From Candidatus Omnitrophota bacterium (lineage in GTDB: Bacteria; Omnitrophota; Gorgyraeia; Zapsychrales; JAHFFX01), in contig JAHFFW010000002.1 of the NCBI GenBank assembly GCA_023247725.1, positions 64,160-128,159 on the forward strand: a stretch of 64,000 nt of DNA, given 5' to 3'. Numbering within the stretch: the stretch's first letter is position 1; every line of letters begins with the position of its first letter. Positions 15,001 to 27,000 of this stretch are shown one piece after another. Position numbers and translations under genes: made by a program. The notes beneath the pieces are model-generated. The model did no database searches and was not told where the DNA came from. It saw only the letters and a program-made list of their open reading frames with translations.

Positions 15001-18000
15001 TGGCTCGGACTCGAGAAAAAAGCGTCACCGCCGGCGACCCGGCCATGTATTCCACGAAGCCAACGCCGGAACCGGGCGAACAGCTTGTTGTCTTGGAGGT
15101 GGATGAAAAGACCGGCAAAACCCGGATTGAGAATTTTAATAATCCCGAGGGGATAAAAGTCAGCGGTTCCGATCGGGAAATCGGGCTGGGTCAAGCGGCC
15201 AGCTTCGACAGCGATGCGATCGAGATACAAGAAGATAAACAACTTTCTTTTGACCGGAAAACGGAACGCGAGGCAGTGGAAGAATTGTCCCGGCTTGGGC
15301 TGGGAGTGGAGCACAACGGTCAGCTCATCGTCAAGCAAAGCGAGCTGGAAAAGATCGGCTATGACGCCGACTGGCAACATAACATCACCCGAAAAATACA
15401 GAGTGAAGAGGCCGGTCTAGCCGAAGATCGGAGTTTGATTAAGCAAGCAACGGAGAAAGAACTCGGGGCCGACCATCCGGTCAACCAAGGTATTGAGGAG
15501 GCTCGCTCTGAGCTTTCCAACGGAGAGAAAAAGCAATTTGATCAGATGCGAGAGCAGGGCCGGATTGTTTCTATGGAACTGGGTGAAGATATCGAAAAAG
15601 CCGAAAGCCGGGAGGCAGACCTTAAGAAGGAAGCCCTAGCCTTAGCCCTAGCTTTGCTCCATCTATCTCCCTTGGAGGCGGCGGTTTATAAGAAAAGGAT
15701 GGAGGGGCTGGAGCCGTCCTCGATGATCATTGGCGAGGGCAATGAGGCGTATATGGTGATAACCCCCAAGTCCAGGCATCAAGCCCTCCTTCAAGAGAAG
15801 CCCTCGTATAAGGCGGCGGTGCTTAATGAATGGAATGTGATTAAGGATTCCAGCCTCACTCCGGAGGCCAACATTAAGAAACAACTGGAGAAACAGGGCA
15901 AGGCGGGCAGGCGCCTGATCAGCTTAAGCCAGTTGAGATTGCGGCCGGGGTCAGATGAGGTTCAAATTCAGGGACAAAACATTCCCCGCATTAAGTCTCC
16001 TGGAGCGCAAGCTGGCTCTCCGACGGATGTGAAGCAAAAGCAAAACCAAAGCCCTATGATTCCGCAGAAGATGTCCGGTCCGCGTCAAACGCTCGACTCG
16101 CAAAAGGCGGTGGTCATTCCTTTCGATGCAAACAAGCAATTAATGATCACTCTGAGTGGAGAATCCGTCTCGTTTTTCAAATTGAAAGACGGCGCCATCG
16201 ATTTCCAAAGAAATAATGGAAATCTGCGCACCGCAGAACCTGGCCAAGTCTATGGATACAGCTTACCCGGGCAATTGGAACTGGGAATAGCTTTGAGCCC
16301 CAAAGGAGAGCTCTTGCTGTTCAATGCGGCCCCTGCTCAATCATTGGAGGTTGAAGTTCAACCGATTAAGGAGCCTTTAATACATCCTAATGATTACGAG
16401 GTGACTCATTCGGACTTGGGCGAAGACCGGGATCAAGACGGGCTAAGGCGATACAGCCCCCGCCATGTTTCTTCCGGAGATCGCGGCGTTTATCCTTTTC
16501 ACGGGGATGCTGTTAAAGTGAAAATTGAAGGCGCTTTGGTTGAATTCAAAAAAGACAAAAACGGACTGCAATATCAACGTGAGGGGGGAAGTCTCCACAG
16601 AGGAAAATCCTATAAAGTGCGCGGGTCGGACGGCGAAGTGTTATTTGATTTACAGGTTGGGCTTAATGAGCGCGGCGAGCTGGAAATCAAGAACATCGGA
16701 AAAAATGAAATCGAGACCCGCCAGCTTGACTCCGCCAAGCTCGAAAAAGGCGAAGGCAATGATACGAATTTCGCCGATCCGACCGACGCCGCGCAGGCCG
16801 AGGCGCGGGATCAGATTTCCGTTAATACGAACGACGAACGACGAACGACGAAATCCGACTCCGCGCAGGCGGACAAATTCAAAGGCTCCCTGACGATTTC
16901 GCGCGATGATGAGTCCTCGGATCGTACGCCGACCGACGCGGCGAAGGCGGAGGATTTAAGAGTGGCCCAATTGAGTTCCGAAATGCCGACGGAAGAGGTT
17001 CAGTCGCCAAGATTTGAAAATTGGAAAGCGAGATTGACCGATTCTGCGCACTCCATAAAACTGGTTTTCAACTGGAAAAAAGAAGAAAGGGCTGTAGATG
17101 GATTATATCAGCAGGCCTTGGCCGCATCGGATACCAATGCCAGATCGCAGGCCGTCGAAGGTTTAGTTCAAGCCGCGCATCGTCGAGGCCTTTCGTGGAG
17201 AAGTAGTATACCGGCATATTCGGCAAATACTTATCTAACGATGTTGTTTAGAGATCGGAAGTACACCGCCCAGGTGGCTTCCAGAATGAGCAAGCAAGAA
17301 ATTGCGGATATGATTGTAGGAAATGCCGCCTATTCTTCAGCGGACCTTGCAGCAAGATTGTCAGATTTTTCGTTGATAAGAGGGGCCTCTCATTCTTTAG
17401 CCGACGTTGGAACAATGTTGTCCGATGTACAAGATCGAGAGGACTTCCCAGAAATTCTCGCGCAGGTTGAAAAGAAAATCCAAACCCGCGCCAATGATTC
17501 AGGGCTTTCCGAGTATTCTCAGAAAAAAGTTGCTAAAGCCGCTTTGGACTATGTCCAGTGGGTGTTGAATCAGACGTCTGGGGATTCGGGAAACAATCTT
17601 CGACTTCCCCCCGCCGCAGACCGGATCGTCAAGGCCCGAAGCGTTGTGGAAAAGAATTTGAATTTTTCAGATAGACTTGGATTCTCCGTCGGCGAAGATT
17701 CGCAAAACCAGGTGAATCCGGCAACGGTTGAAGAGAAGAAGCAGGCCATGGCCCTCACTATTTTCAGGATCGCCGCTTCCCCCGGGAAAATCAATTTAAC
17801 ACAGGATCTTAATTACGTGAACCGATTTGATTGGGATCGCGTGAAGCTGTATTCGCCGGAAATCCAAAAACGATTAACCCGCGACCGGATTAATCATGAG
17901 CATGGCAAAAAAGATAACCGCCGCAAGGCGATTGTGGTTTACACCAAGGCGGATAATAATGGGGTGTTTAATAATGAGGCGGTGATTAAAGGCCTGATGG

Positions 18001-21000
18001 CGGCCGATTTTAACATACTTTTTTATGAAGTTGACGGAAATACCGATGCTGAGGTCGAAGATAATATTGTGAAGGCCTTGAAAGCGGCCACCCGGGATTT
18101 TACTGAACCGGCTGACTTTATCGATTTCGGAGCGCACGGCCCGTACACCGCCGACAGCATGAACTATGGAAAAGGAGGAGCGCTTACCGTAGGCCGTTGG
18201 CAAGCGCTAAGGGGGAAAGTTTCCGGCGCTTTGGCGGAAAAAGGACGAGTGCTGCTTGAAAGTTGTTTTACGGGCAAGGGCGGTCTTGAGCAAAGTAATC
18301 CGGCGAATATGTGGGCCATGGTCTTCCCTCAGGCCGCGGAGATTTTGGCGCCGAACAAGGCTGCTGCCGTAAAAAGCTTTGCCATTGACCGCAACAATGA
18401 AGTGACGATTGAGCATTCTCACGGAGCTTCTGTTTATCGTGCTAATCATGATCAACTGAGCCGGTTTGAAGCGTCGGTTGAGTCATCGGATATTGGAAAA
18501 CCGGTTGTGAAGAAAGTCGACGACGCGGCCCAGGTCGGCACTCCGCCCCAGATGCAAATGCGCGCCGCCGATCCCCGCAGGGAATTGTTGCGCCGGCGTT
18601 TGACCGACGCGGTGGATGCGCTGGTCATGGTCACCGGCAAGCGGGAGAGAAAATCCGCCAAAATCGAGGTGCGGGCCGCGGCTAACGCTTTGGTGGCGCA
18701 GGGAGACCGGGATTTTGTGGGAGAGAAGTTGGATGCTTTAAGCGGCCTGATCGCCGCCGATGACCGGCTGCATCCGGTGGCCGGCGGGCTGGGCGTCATG
18801 ACCGCGAAATCAACGCCGTTGCAAAACCAACAAGCGGCGGCGGCGCAGAGTTTATCGTCTGAGGAATTAGGAAATGTCGCGCAATCGATCGATGTCTTGC
18901 AAAGCGCCTTGGGAACGGAAGGCTTCTCCCGTACCGATATCTTGGATCAAATCAAGCGGGGAATGCATCAAGAGGATTTCAACGCCCACCGGCAAGCCAT
19001 TGAGCAATTAAGCGATAATAATTTGGTACAAATTAAAAATTTTGTCGACGTGGCCGACCGGCAGCAAGTGCGGGAAGGAATGGCGAATTTGTTAGGCCTC
19101 GCCCAGCAAAGGGACAATGAAAACAACCCCAGAGAGCTCAACAATGATGACCTGATGCTGGTTTTAAATCGTCCGGACACCGACGCAACGCCGGTTCAAT
19201 CTCAATCCCCCATAAAGGTCAGTCCCTGGCGGGGCAGATTGGTCATGGTGCCCAAGCTCGTCGCTGCGGTGGTTGCGGTGGCGTTGATTGTGCCGGCGAT
19301 CGCGAGTGCCGCCGGGGCGGTAGGGGAGATCGGTCCATTGGCTCAGCACCCGAATCTTCCCCCGACGGGCGATCAGATGGGGGCCCAGCCTACTCAAGAC
19401 GTGCAGCCAGTCCTCAATGTTCCGACCCAAGCGGAGATCCCGAAGTCTCCGGACATTAAACCGGTTGAATTGAAAAACGCCACAGCAGAATCGGATCCGC
19501 AGGGTTCGCCCGAGGAAGTGCGGCCAACGCCGGTGGAACCCATCCATTCCCCGATCGGTACAGAGTTAACGGCGCCAACGGCACCTGACTCTTCCGAAGC
19601 GGTTATTCCTTTGGTGGAACCGATCCATTCCCCGATCGGCACAGAATTAGCAGCGCCAACGGCGCCTGATTCTTCCGACGAAGTGGTTGTTCCTTTGGTC
19701 GAACCCATTGTCTCGCCCATTGGCACACAATTGACGATGCCGACGCCGGTGACACCGGAGCCAGCTCAAGGCACGGCGGCCGGTCAGCTGACCGATCTGA
19801 CGATGGAATCACCGGCGAGTATTGAAGCTCCCATAGCCGAGTTTCCGCTCCATGAATTACCCATGGCAAAATTATCTCCGCTATTGACTTCACCGACCCT
19901 GGATGTGGAAGCGCCGTTGGCAGAAATTCCCGACCAGGCGCCGGTGACATCCTTGGCCGAGCCGCCGGCGAATCCGCACCCCGACGGCGTGCCGGTGGTG
20001 GTAGAACAACCCGGAAAGGGTAAAGGAATAATCCAACAGCCTCCCGCACCGTCGATTTCTCAAATTTCCAAAACGAAACCGTCACCGGTCGTGGCGCAGC
20101 CCGTTGTCAAACGACCGGCGCCGGAAAAAACAAGCACCAGCACGATAGAACGGCCGCCCGCTTCCCATTCTTCCGGGACTTCTCAAACGATCACCCTGCC
20201 TCCGCCGGAGCCGCATGCGCCGGCGGTTTCCCAAATAGCCTCCGCCGATACACATTCCCCGGTCCAGGTCGATACCACTCCGCCGACGCTGGAAGAGAAA
20301 AAAGCGGGGGATAGAGATTCTCAGCACGGCGGGGTTTCGGCTAAAGAGGCCAGAGATCAATATATGAAATCCTCTAAGGCGTTTGGGGATCAATATATAA
20401 GTTATTTCTTGGATACGGGCGATCAACACCTTAAAGATGGAAATAGGAAAGCAGCGAGAGAGGCCTATGCTAAGGCCTTGCAGGCGGGAAAGACTCTCAA
20501 CGACGGTGAACATGCCCGGCTTGCCCAAAGTAAATTGGACGACCTTGAAGGCGGCCAGCCTCCTTCTTCGGAATTTCCATTTAATGCGACTGGCGCCGCT
20601 ATCACAGGGATTGGGTTGCTTGCGACCGGCCTGGCAGGTTATGGCGTCTATCGTCAACGACGGCAGCGCTCCGCGCGGAATCGTCCTAACCCAGCAAAAG
20701 CGGCCTCGGTTGCGCCCCGCCTGTCTGCGGAAATACCGGTGGAGCGGCGTCAACAACCCTTGGTTGAATGGTCCTTTGACAAGCCCAATCTGGCGCATGC
20801 CGATCCCGACAAACGTCAGGTGATGCATATTGCGCCGGATGAGGACCCTCTGATTACTTCACCGGTTTCCGGTACCGTGCATATCGGTGTTCGGGATAAC
20901 CAAGGGAATTGGACGGAAGTAGAAGATCGGCCGCTTACTTTGAATCCGCAAACCGGCCGGTATGAACTTCGCGTGACCAATCCCCGCGCCAACGTCTTTA

Positions 21001-24000
21001 CCGTTCATTGGGGCAATGATGCGCAAGCTCCAGGCTGGGATCAGCGTCCGGCGTTTGAAATTACCCGTAATGCGCCGGCTACCCAACAACAGTCGGACGC
21101 GCAGGCAACCGACTCGCGACAGCATCAGGGTACGTCGCTGGATGATACTTTAGATGCCGTGGAACGAAATCGCTTGGCCAGAGAGGAAGCTAAAGATGAT
21201 TTTAATCGGCAACACCGGCCGGAAGTCGATATTAAGAATACAACCGGAGGAAAATTCGTCGTACAAGTCGCTTATCGAGGCCGCAGTTTGGACCACAGTA
21301 TAGTTATGGTCGTCAGGGTTGGCGACAGCCGGGAGTTTGCGACGCAGGAGGAAGCCGAAAGATTCGGCGCGTTCTTGGAGAAGAACCATGGGGATCATTA
21401 TGCGGAGCATGGGGACTTAAGGAAAGGGACTTCCTTAGACCCAACCTTGGATCCGGCCACTCGGCAGAGACTGGCGAGGGAAGAAGCCCGGACAGCAGCC
21501 GCGTACACCTACACCTTGAAGGTCTCTCCAACCGACGACGGGAACTATGAGGTCAGAGGCGTTTATTGTGGGGTGAGTTTGAATGGGCAGGAGTACTATG
21601 AGGAGGCGGCGGACTCCAGCAGCACACCACCGCTGCGTTTCCTATCGGAATCGGAAGCCGTTGACTATGCCAGCCGCGGCGGACAGGATTTTTATGTGAG
21701 AGGAAGCGCCAGTACGAAAGCTTCTGGGAAAGGTGGTGGGAGCGGTTCAGAAAAATCTTCCGGTCAAGAAGCCGGAACGAGGCAAAAAATTTCCATTGAG
21801 GCCAGGTTGAAGACCGCCCGTCGCGCCGCGCAAGGGGTATTGATGGAAAACGTTCAAGAGCAATTGGATGGGTTCGGAAATCGCCTAAGTTGGGCTTTAG
21901 GCTCCCCAGGGGAGAAATCGGATAGAGATCGAGGGCTGGAGTTGCTGAGGCGCATCAAAGATCAGATTGCCGAACAATTGAAGGAGGATGCCGCGCAGGT
22001 TATCGGCTTGCCGCAAATTCACGAGCTGATGGCGTTCCCGGAGGAACGAAGGAAAATATTGGAAAAGAGCATCGGGGAGTTAAATGACTTTTTAGCAACA
22101 CTGAAGGTTCCGGAGGCGATGGAAGCTAGCCTCAATGCGTCCACTAAGAACATAGAAAGGATCATTGCTTTTGGCAACGTGGTATCAAAGGCTAGGGATG
22201 CGGAAGTACTCAATCATCAATGGAAGGACATAACCAATTTTCTTGCTGAGATGATACCGGAGAAGGAGCGGACATCCCCCTCTCCGCGTCTTGAGTTAGC
22301 CAATGCGGCGATCCAGGAGGCAACTGAGGCCCAGGCGAATGTAAGACCCGCCCCAACGCAAACCCCAACCGACGGCAACGGCGCGGGTGAAAATGGTTCC
22401 GGCGCCCGGACGACGGGGACGGGTAGTTCCATAACACCTCAAGAAAGACTCCAGCAATTAGAAGAGGAGATAACCGCTAAAACAAATGAAAAGGAGGATT
22501 ATCTTCGTCAGTTAGATAAAATTGATCCGAATTCTTCCTTAAGGACTCAGGAAGATCCGCCCGCCCCGGTCAAAGATTTACAAGGTAGAAAATTGGAAAC
22601 ACAACTTTACCGTGAAAGTGATAAAGGTCGCAGTGATACCGACCTTTATCGGCGTGTTACTCAAGCGCGGTCAAAACTAATAAGGGGTAAAGAATCGGTC
22701 TCAGGGGATTTGGATAATATTTTTAAACAGATGGCGGACCACCAAAGAGGTGGAAATCCTTTTTCGGAAGATTTAATCAATCGAGCCAATGACGCATTAG
22801 CCCAACCGCACCCCGGGGGTGAGAGTGGTTCATCGACGTCGGTAGATTTCAAGGCAGGACAGGTTATCAAAACAGCCGATGGCCGAATTTTTGTTGTTCA
22901 AGAAATTGTCAGCAAAGATGCCCCGATCAACCGCGCCGGTGTTTCGAAGGTTCGCCTTATTGAAGTTGATCATACAGGAAAGGGCTTGAGGACTAACGGT
23001 AGGATTAATCAGCAATCTCATCCTATCGAGAATGTCTCCCCGGATTCGCCTTTGTCGGTTCTGCTGGCGGGCGCGGAAATTTTAACGCCCGGGGATGATT
23101 TTTCTGACGATAGTTTGCCTTATAATGAAGCCTTTACATATCTTTTTGAACATTTGGGTTTGGTGCAGGGGCTGAAAGATCTTCCTGAGGATCAAATTGT
23201 GATGAAGGCGCGGTTAGGGGATTCGAAGGCGAAAAGCCTTTTGAAAGAAAGATCTGTGGATTGGCGGCCGCGGAATTCGCAGGGAATAGTCACCGTCCAC
23301 GCGCAGGGAGAAGGTCACGGTGGTAATTTAAAGGTCGGGGATAGATATTTTGATCATTATAAATTTTTGGATGTCAAGACAGCACCCGAAGAAGTTCCAT
23401 TAAGCCAGGCGCCTGCCGGGTTGGCGGTGGGAAATAGATTTATTATAAATGTGTCCCACCATGAGTCCGGCGAGTTAGGACAGCCTGGACATTCTAAGGC
23501 GGTAGTTTCTCTGGGGCGGGTCGTTGCCGACTCCACCGGAGCTGAGAGCGGTTCACAGACATCCGCGCAAGAAGCACAAGTAAAACTACGGAGTGAGGCC
23601 GAAAACGCGGCATGGCATGGCGTTGAATTTGAAGATCTGGCCCAGGATAGCAGAACTCCCCAGGAGGGAGTTCACCATCAGCAGGCGGCGGTTGGGGAAT
23701 ATCGTGAGGCCAGAGATCTCGATCCGGACACATTTGAATATGCGGCCATGTTAGGCGAAGCTTATGTGCGGTTGGGAAAGCTTCGGGATTTGACGCCTGC
23801 GGAGGCCCAGGAAGCCATGGGTGCCTTGCAGGCCGCCCTGAAATTGGCGAGCTCCACCAGCCAGAGTTGCGCTTCTTGCAATGAAGCTTTGAATGAATTG
23901 GGGCAAATCGTCGCTCGCCAAAAAGAATCTTCCGATCAAAGAGAGCATGCAGCGTCGGGCGTTTCCCGCGAGCAGGCCGTGGCCTTTGCCCGCACGGCGC

Positions 24001-27000
24001 TTGGAAACTATAATCCTTTAGCCGACATTGACCGCCGCATAGAAGAGAATGAAGCTAATATTAAAAAATTGCGCGAGCGTTTGAATACAATTGACCCGGA
24101 CGGTTCTTTGCTGCAATTACCCGAAAAAGATCAACCCGAAGAAGTTAGAAACGTTGGGAAAGAATTAGACCATCTCGTGCATTTCATAGGAGAAGCCTCA
24201 TTTATTAAACGCAATCGCCTGCGCATAGAGATTCACCGAGCAAGTGAAAAGGGTCAGGCCGATGGGGATTTTTACGACCAATTCATGGATGTGAGAGGAC
24301 AACTTATAAGAATAAGAATGAAAGAAGATAGCAGCTATGAGGAAGATCTGTCTGAGGAAATGAAGGATATGTATCTTGATCTAGAGCACAATAGGGGATC
24401 CGGTACTCCATTTTCTGATGAAATGATTCAATCCGCTCAAGCTTTAATGGCTCGAGTTGAGTCGGCACTCGCGCAACGACCGAAACCCGCCTCGCACCCC
24501 GGGGGTGAGAAGGTTGCCCCAACCGACGGCAACGGCGCGGGTGAAAATGGTTCCGGCGCCCGGACGGCAGATGATATCATCGGGGGTATTCGGGATATTG
24601 CCGGCAGCATTATTCAGTCGTCGCAACGAACCGATGTTATAAATAACCCGGAAATGATCCAGCAAATGAAAGATGAGAGTGACGCCCTTCACCGGCAATT
24701 AGCGGAAGCAGGCCGCGGCAAACCCGTATCCGATGTCACTCTCAGTCAGCTCCGGGGAGGAGACGTTATTCAAGTCAATGGTGAGTTGTATATTGTTAAA
24801 GAAGTATCCGATGGATCGGATGGGGTAGCAAAGGGAGCGATGGTGATTGGCAGAACAAGAGGAGGTACATTGAAGGGCATTTTTGATGGGGGCCTGCATG
24901 TTGGGGGAGAAAGATTTAAGAGGGTAGAGGTGCGAGAGGCCGCGCCGGGGCCCGCCGCGCCGGAAAATGATTTAGAGTTAGCGAAAGATCTGCAGCAGTT
25001 GGACCATGACCGGCAACATTCTGCCGCAGTCCGCAAAGCCGCGCCCACGCCGGCGCAGGGCCTGGTTGAGGATTTTCTCTATCGAGGTACAGGTAGACGA
25101 AACTCGAGAAGCACCGCGATCGTTCGCCAGGCCAATGACGAATTCGCTGACGCCGATGCGGAAGTTGCCCGAAAAATTGTCGCGGAAATCCGATCCGGAA
25201 ACACGGAATTCGAGGAAGTTGACGCCTCCGTTCCTCTGGCGGTGGGTCAGGTCGTGATGGTCGGTAACATCGCCATTGTCGTCGCCGATTTAAATAATGG
25301 GAAGCCCCTGTACGTCAGTTCTCCTCTGCAAACGGAGGCAAGATCTGCCATAGCTATTCTATCCGAATTCTCTGCTGAAGTGATTGCGAGGGGAAAAAGA
25401 TACCAGGTGAAAAGTGGGACGGAAGTCAGTGCCGCACAGGCCGGACCCGCCTCGCACCCCGGGGGTGAGAAGGTTTTACCGGAACCCACCGCGCAGGAAG
25501 CGCAGGCGGAAACTTCCTTGCGAAGATCGCGAGCGCTTGAGCCCGTGTTGCAGAAACTTGAATCCTTTGCGGGTCAGGACGGGCATATTTCGAGCCTGGT
25601 GGAAGGATTAAAGGGAACAATGGCCGAGGGCACCGCAGGCACGGATGAGGAGTATGCCAAACAACTCATGGAGAGGTTGAATAGTTTATATCGGGCGAAG
25701 AAATCTTCGCCGGCCAAGGTTTACGGGGAAGCCTTTGCAATGCTTCAGTCAGTTATCTTGCAAAGCACCGGGGGAACAGTGATTGCTCCCAGCGTCGGTA
25801 CGAAAGCTTCAAGCGGATCAAGAGAAATGCATGCGCTTTATTCGACAACGGGGGAGTCGTCTCCCACCGGAAAATGGGTCGTCCATGAGACTGTGGACTT
25901 GGGGTTAAAAGTAGCGGGCGATAGGGTTTTAGTTCCGGCCAAAGTCATCATTGCTCCGGATGTGGAGCCCACTGCTAAAGCACCGGCTTCCCAAACGGAT
26001 GACGAGATCGAGGCAGAAGTGCGGAAAGAGCGTGCAGAGCAGAAAGCGCAGGAAGAACGGGAACAAAAAGCCGCGGACATGTTCTCTGCCGGCATGCACA
26101 AGATGGAAGGTCATCCTGAAATAGCCATCGAGGACTTTCGACAAGCCCTGAGCCTTACCAAGGATCCCAGAGATCAGCAAACCTACAAAGGAAGCATTGC
26201 TATGGCAGCCAGCAGGATTGGCCATAACAAAAATGAGGAAGGCCGCCTCCGGGAAGCGATAGAATATTTCCGGGAAGCGGTTGATTTGGATCCAGGAGAA
26301 AAGCATTATAGAGAACAGCTGGCCAATGCGGCGGTTGCAGCCGGACAGGTTTTCCTTGCGAGTGATCACGGTCGGGCTGCCAAATTTTTTGAGGAGGCCG
26401 TTCGGCACGCTCCAGATAATCAAGATTTTATGAAATTATTAGATTACGCTAGAAGCCAGCTGGAAAAAAACGACGAACCCGCCTCGCACCCCCGGGGTGA
26501 GAGTGAGAGTGGTGAGGAGGTTGCCGCTACTCCCGTCGATCAGCCCCCCGTTAATGACAATACCAAAGTTATCACCGAGACCGGCCCCGATGGGAAAAAG
26601 TATTATGTACGTGTCCGGGAACCAGCAGAAACTTCAACGGGTTCGGCTCCCGTTATAGAAGTAAAGACGCCGGAACCGGCCGGCAACGGTGCAGAAAAGT
26701 CCAAGGAAAGGCTATCCGGGGCGGACTCTACAATACCCGCTCCGGCGGCGCTGCCCCGTGCCCCGTCCTTCGCGACGATCCCAGGTGTAACGGAGCGGAT
26801 TATGGGCCTGCCGGTGGCGCATGACCATACCGCCTCGTTGGAGGCATTGCGAACTCATCTTGCGGCGGATGCCCGGGAAGCGCGTAATGCTTTGGCCTCT
26901 GCCGCTTCGCCGGCTTCCGCCGTCTCAGCTTCGGCCGGCAGTTCCGCCGACGTACGGCCGGCGAGCGTAGACTTAGAGGCTTTGCATCAGCAAAGAGCGG

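Larger units (their letters stand above)
14782..26503. repeat. Five copies of a REP-like palindrome (ct)c(t/g)caccccgggggtgaga, translated in frame as (S/P)HPGGE, or LTPGVR in the first copy
   Basis: Copies at 14782-14802 (perfect 10-bp inverted repeat), about 22807-22825, 24491-24510, 25451-25470 and 26483-26503, all in inter-domain linkers. Confidence 0.8.

Noticed and set aside
19530-19740. CRISPR-like periodic repeats
   Set aside because: These are in-frame, degenerate coding tandem repeats without unique spacers, and no cas genes are present.
21495-21525. Apparent M23 peptidase HLHLE motif
   Set aside because: It is out of frame; the giant ORF reads AAAYTYTLKV here.
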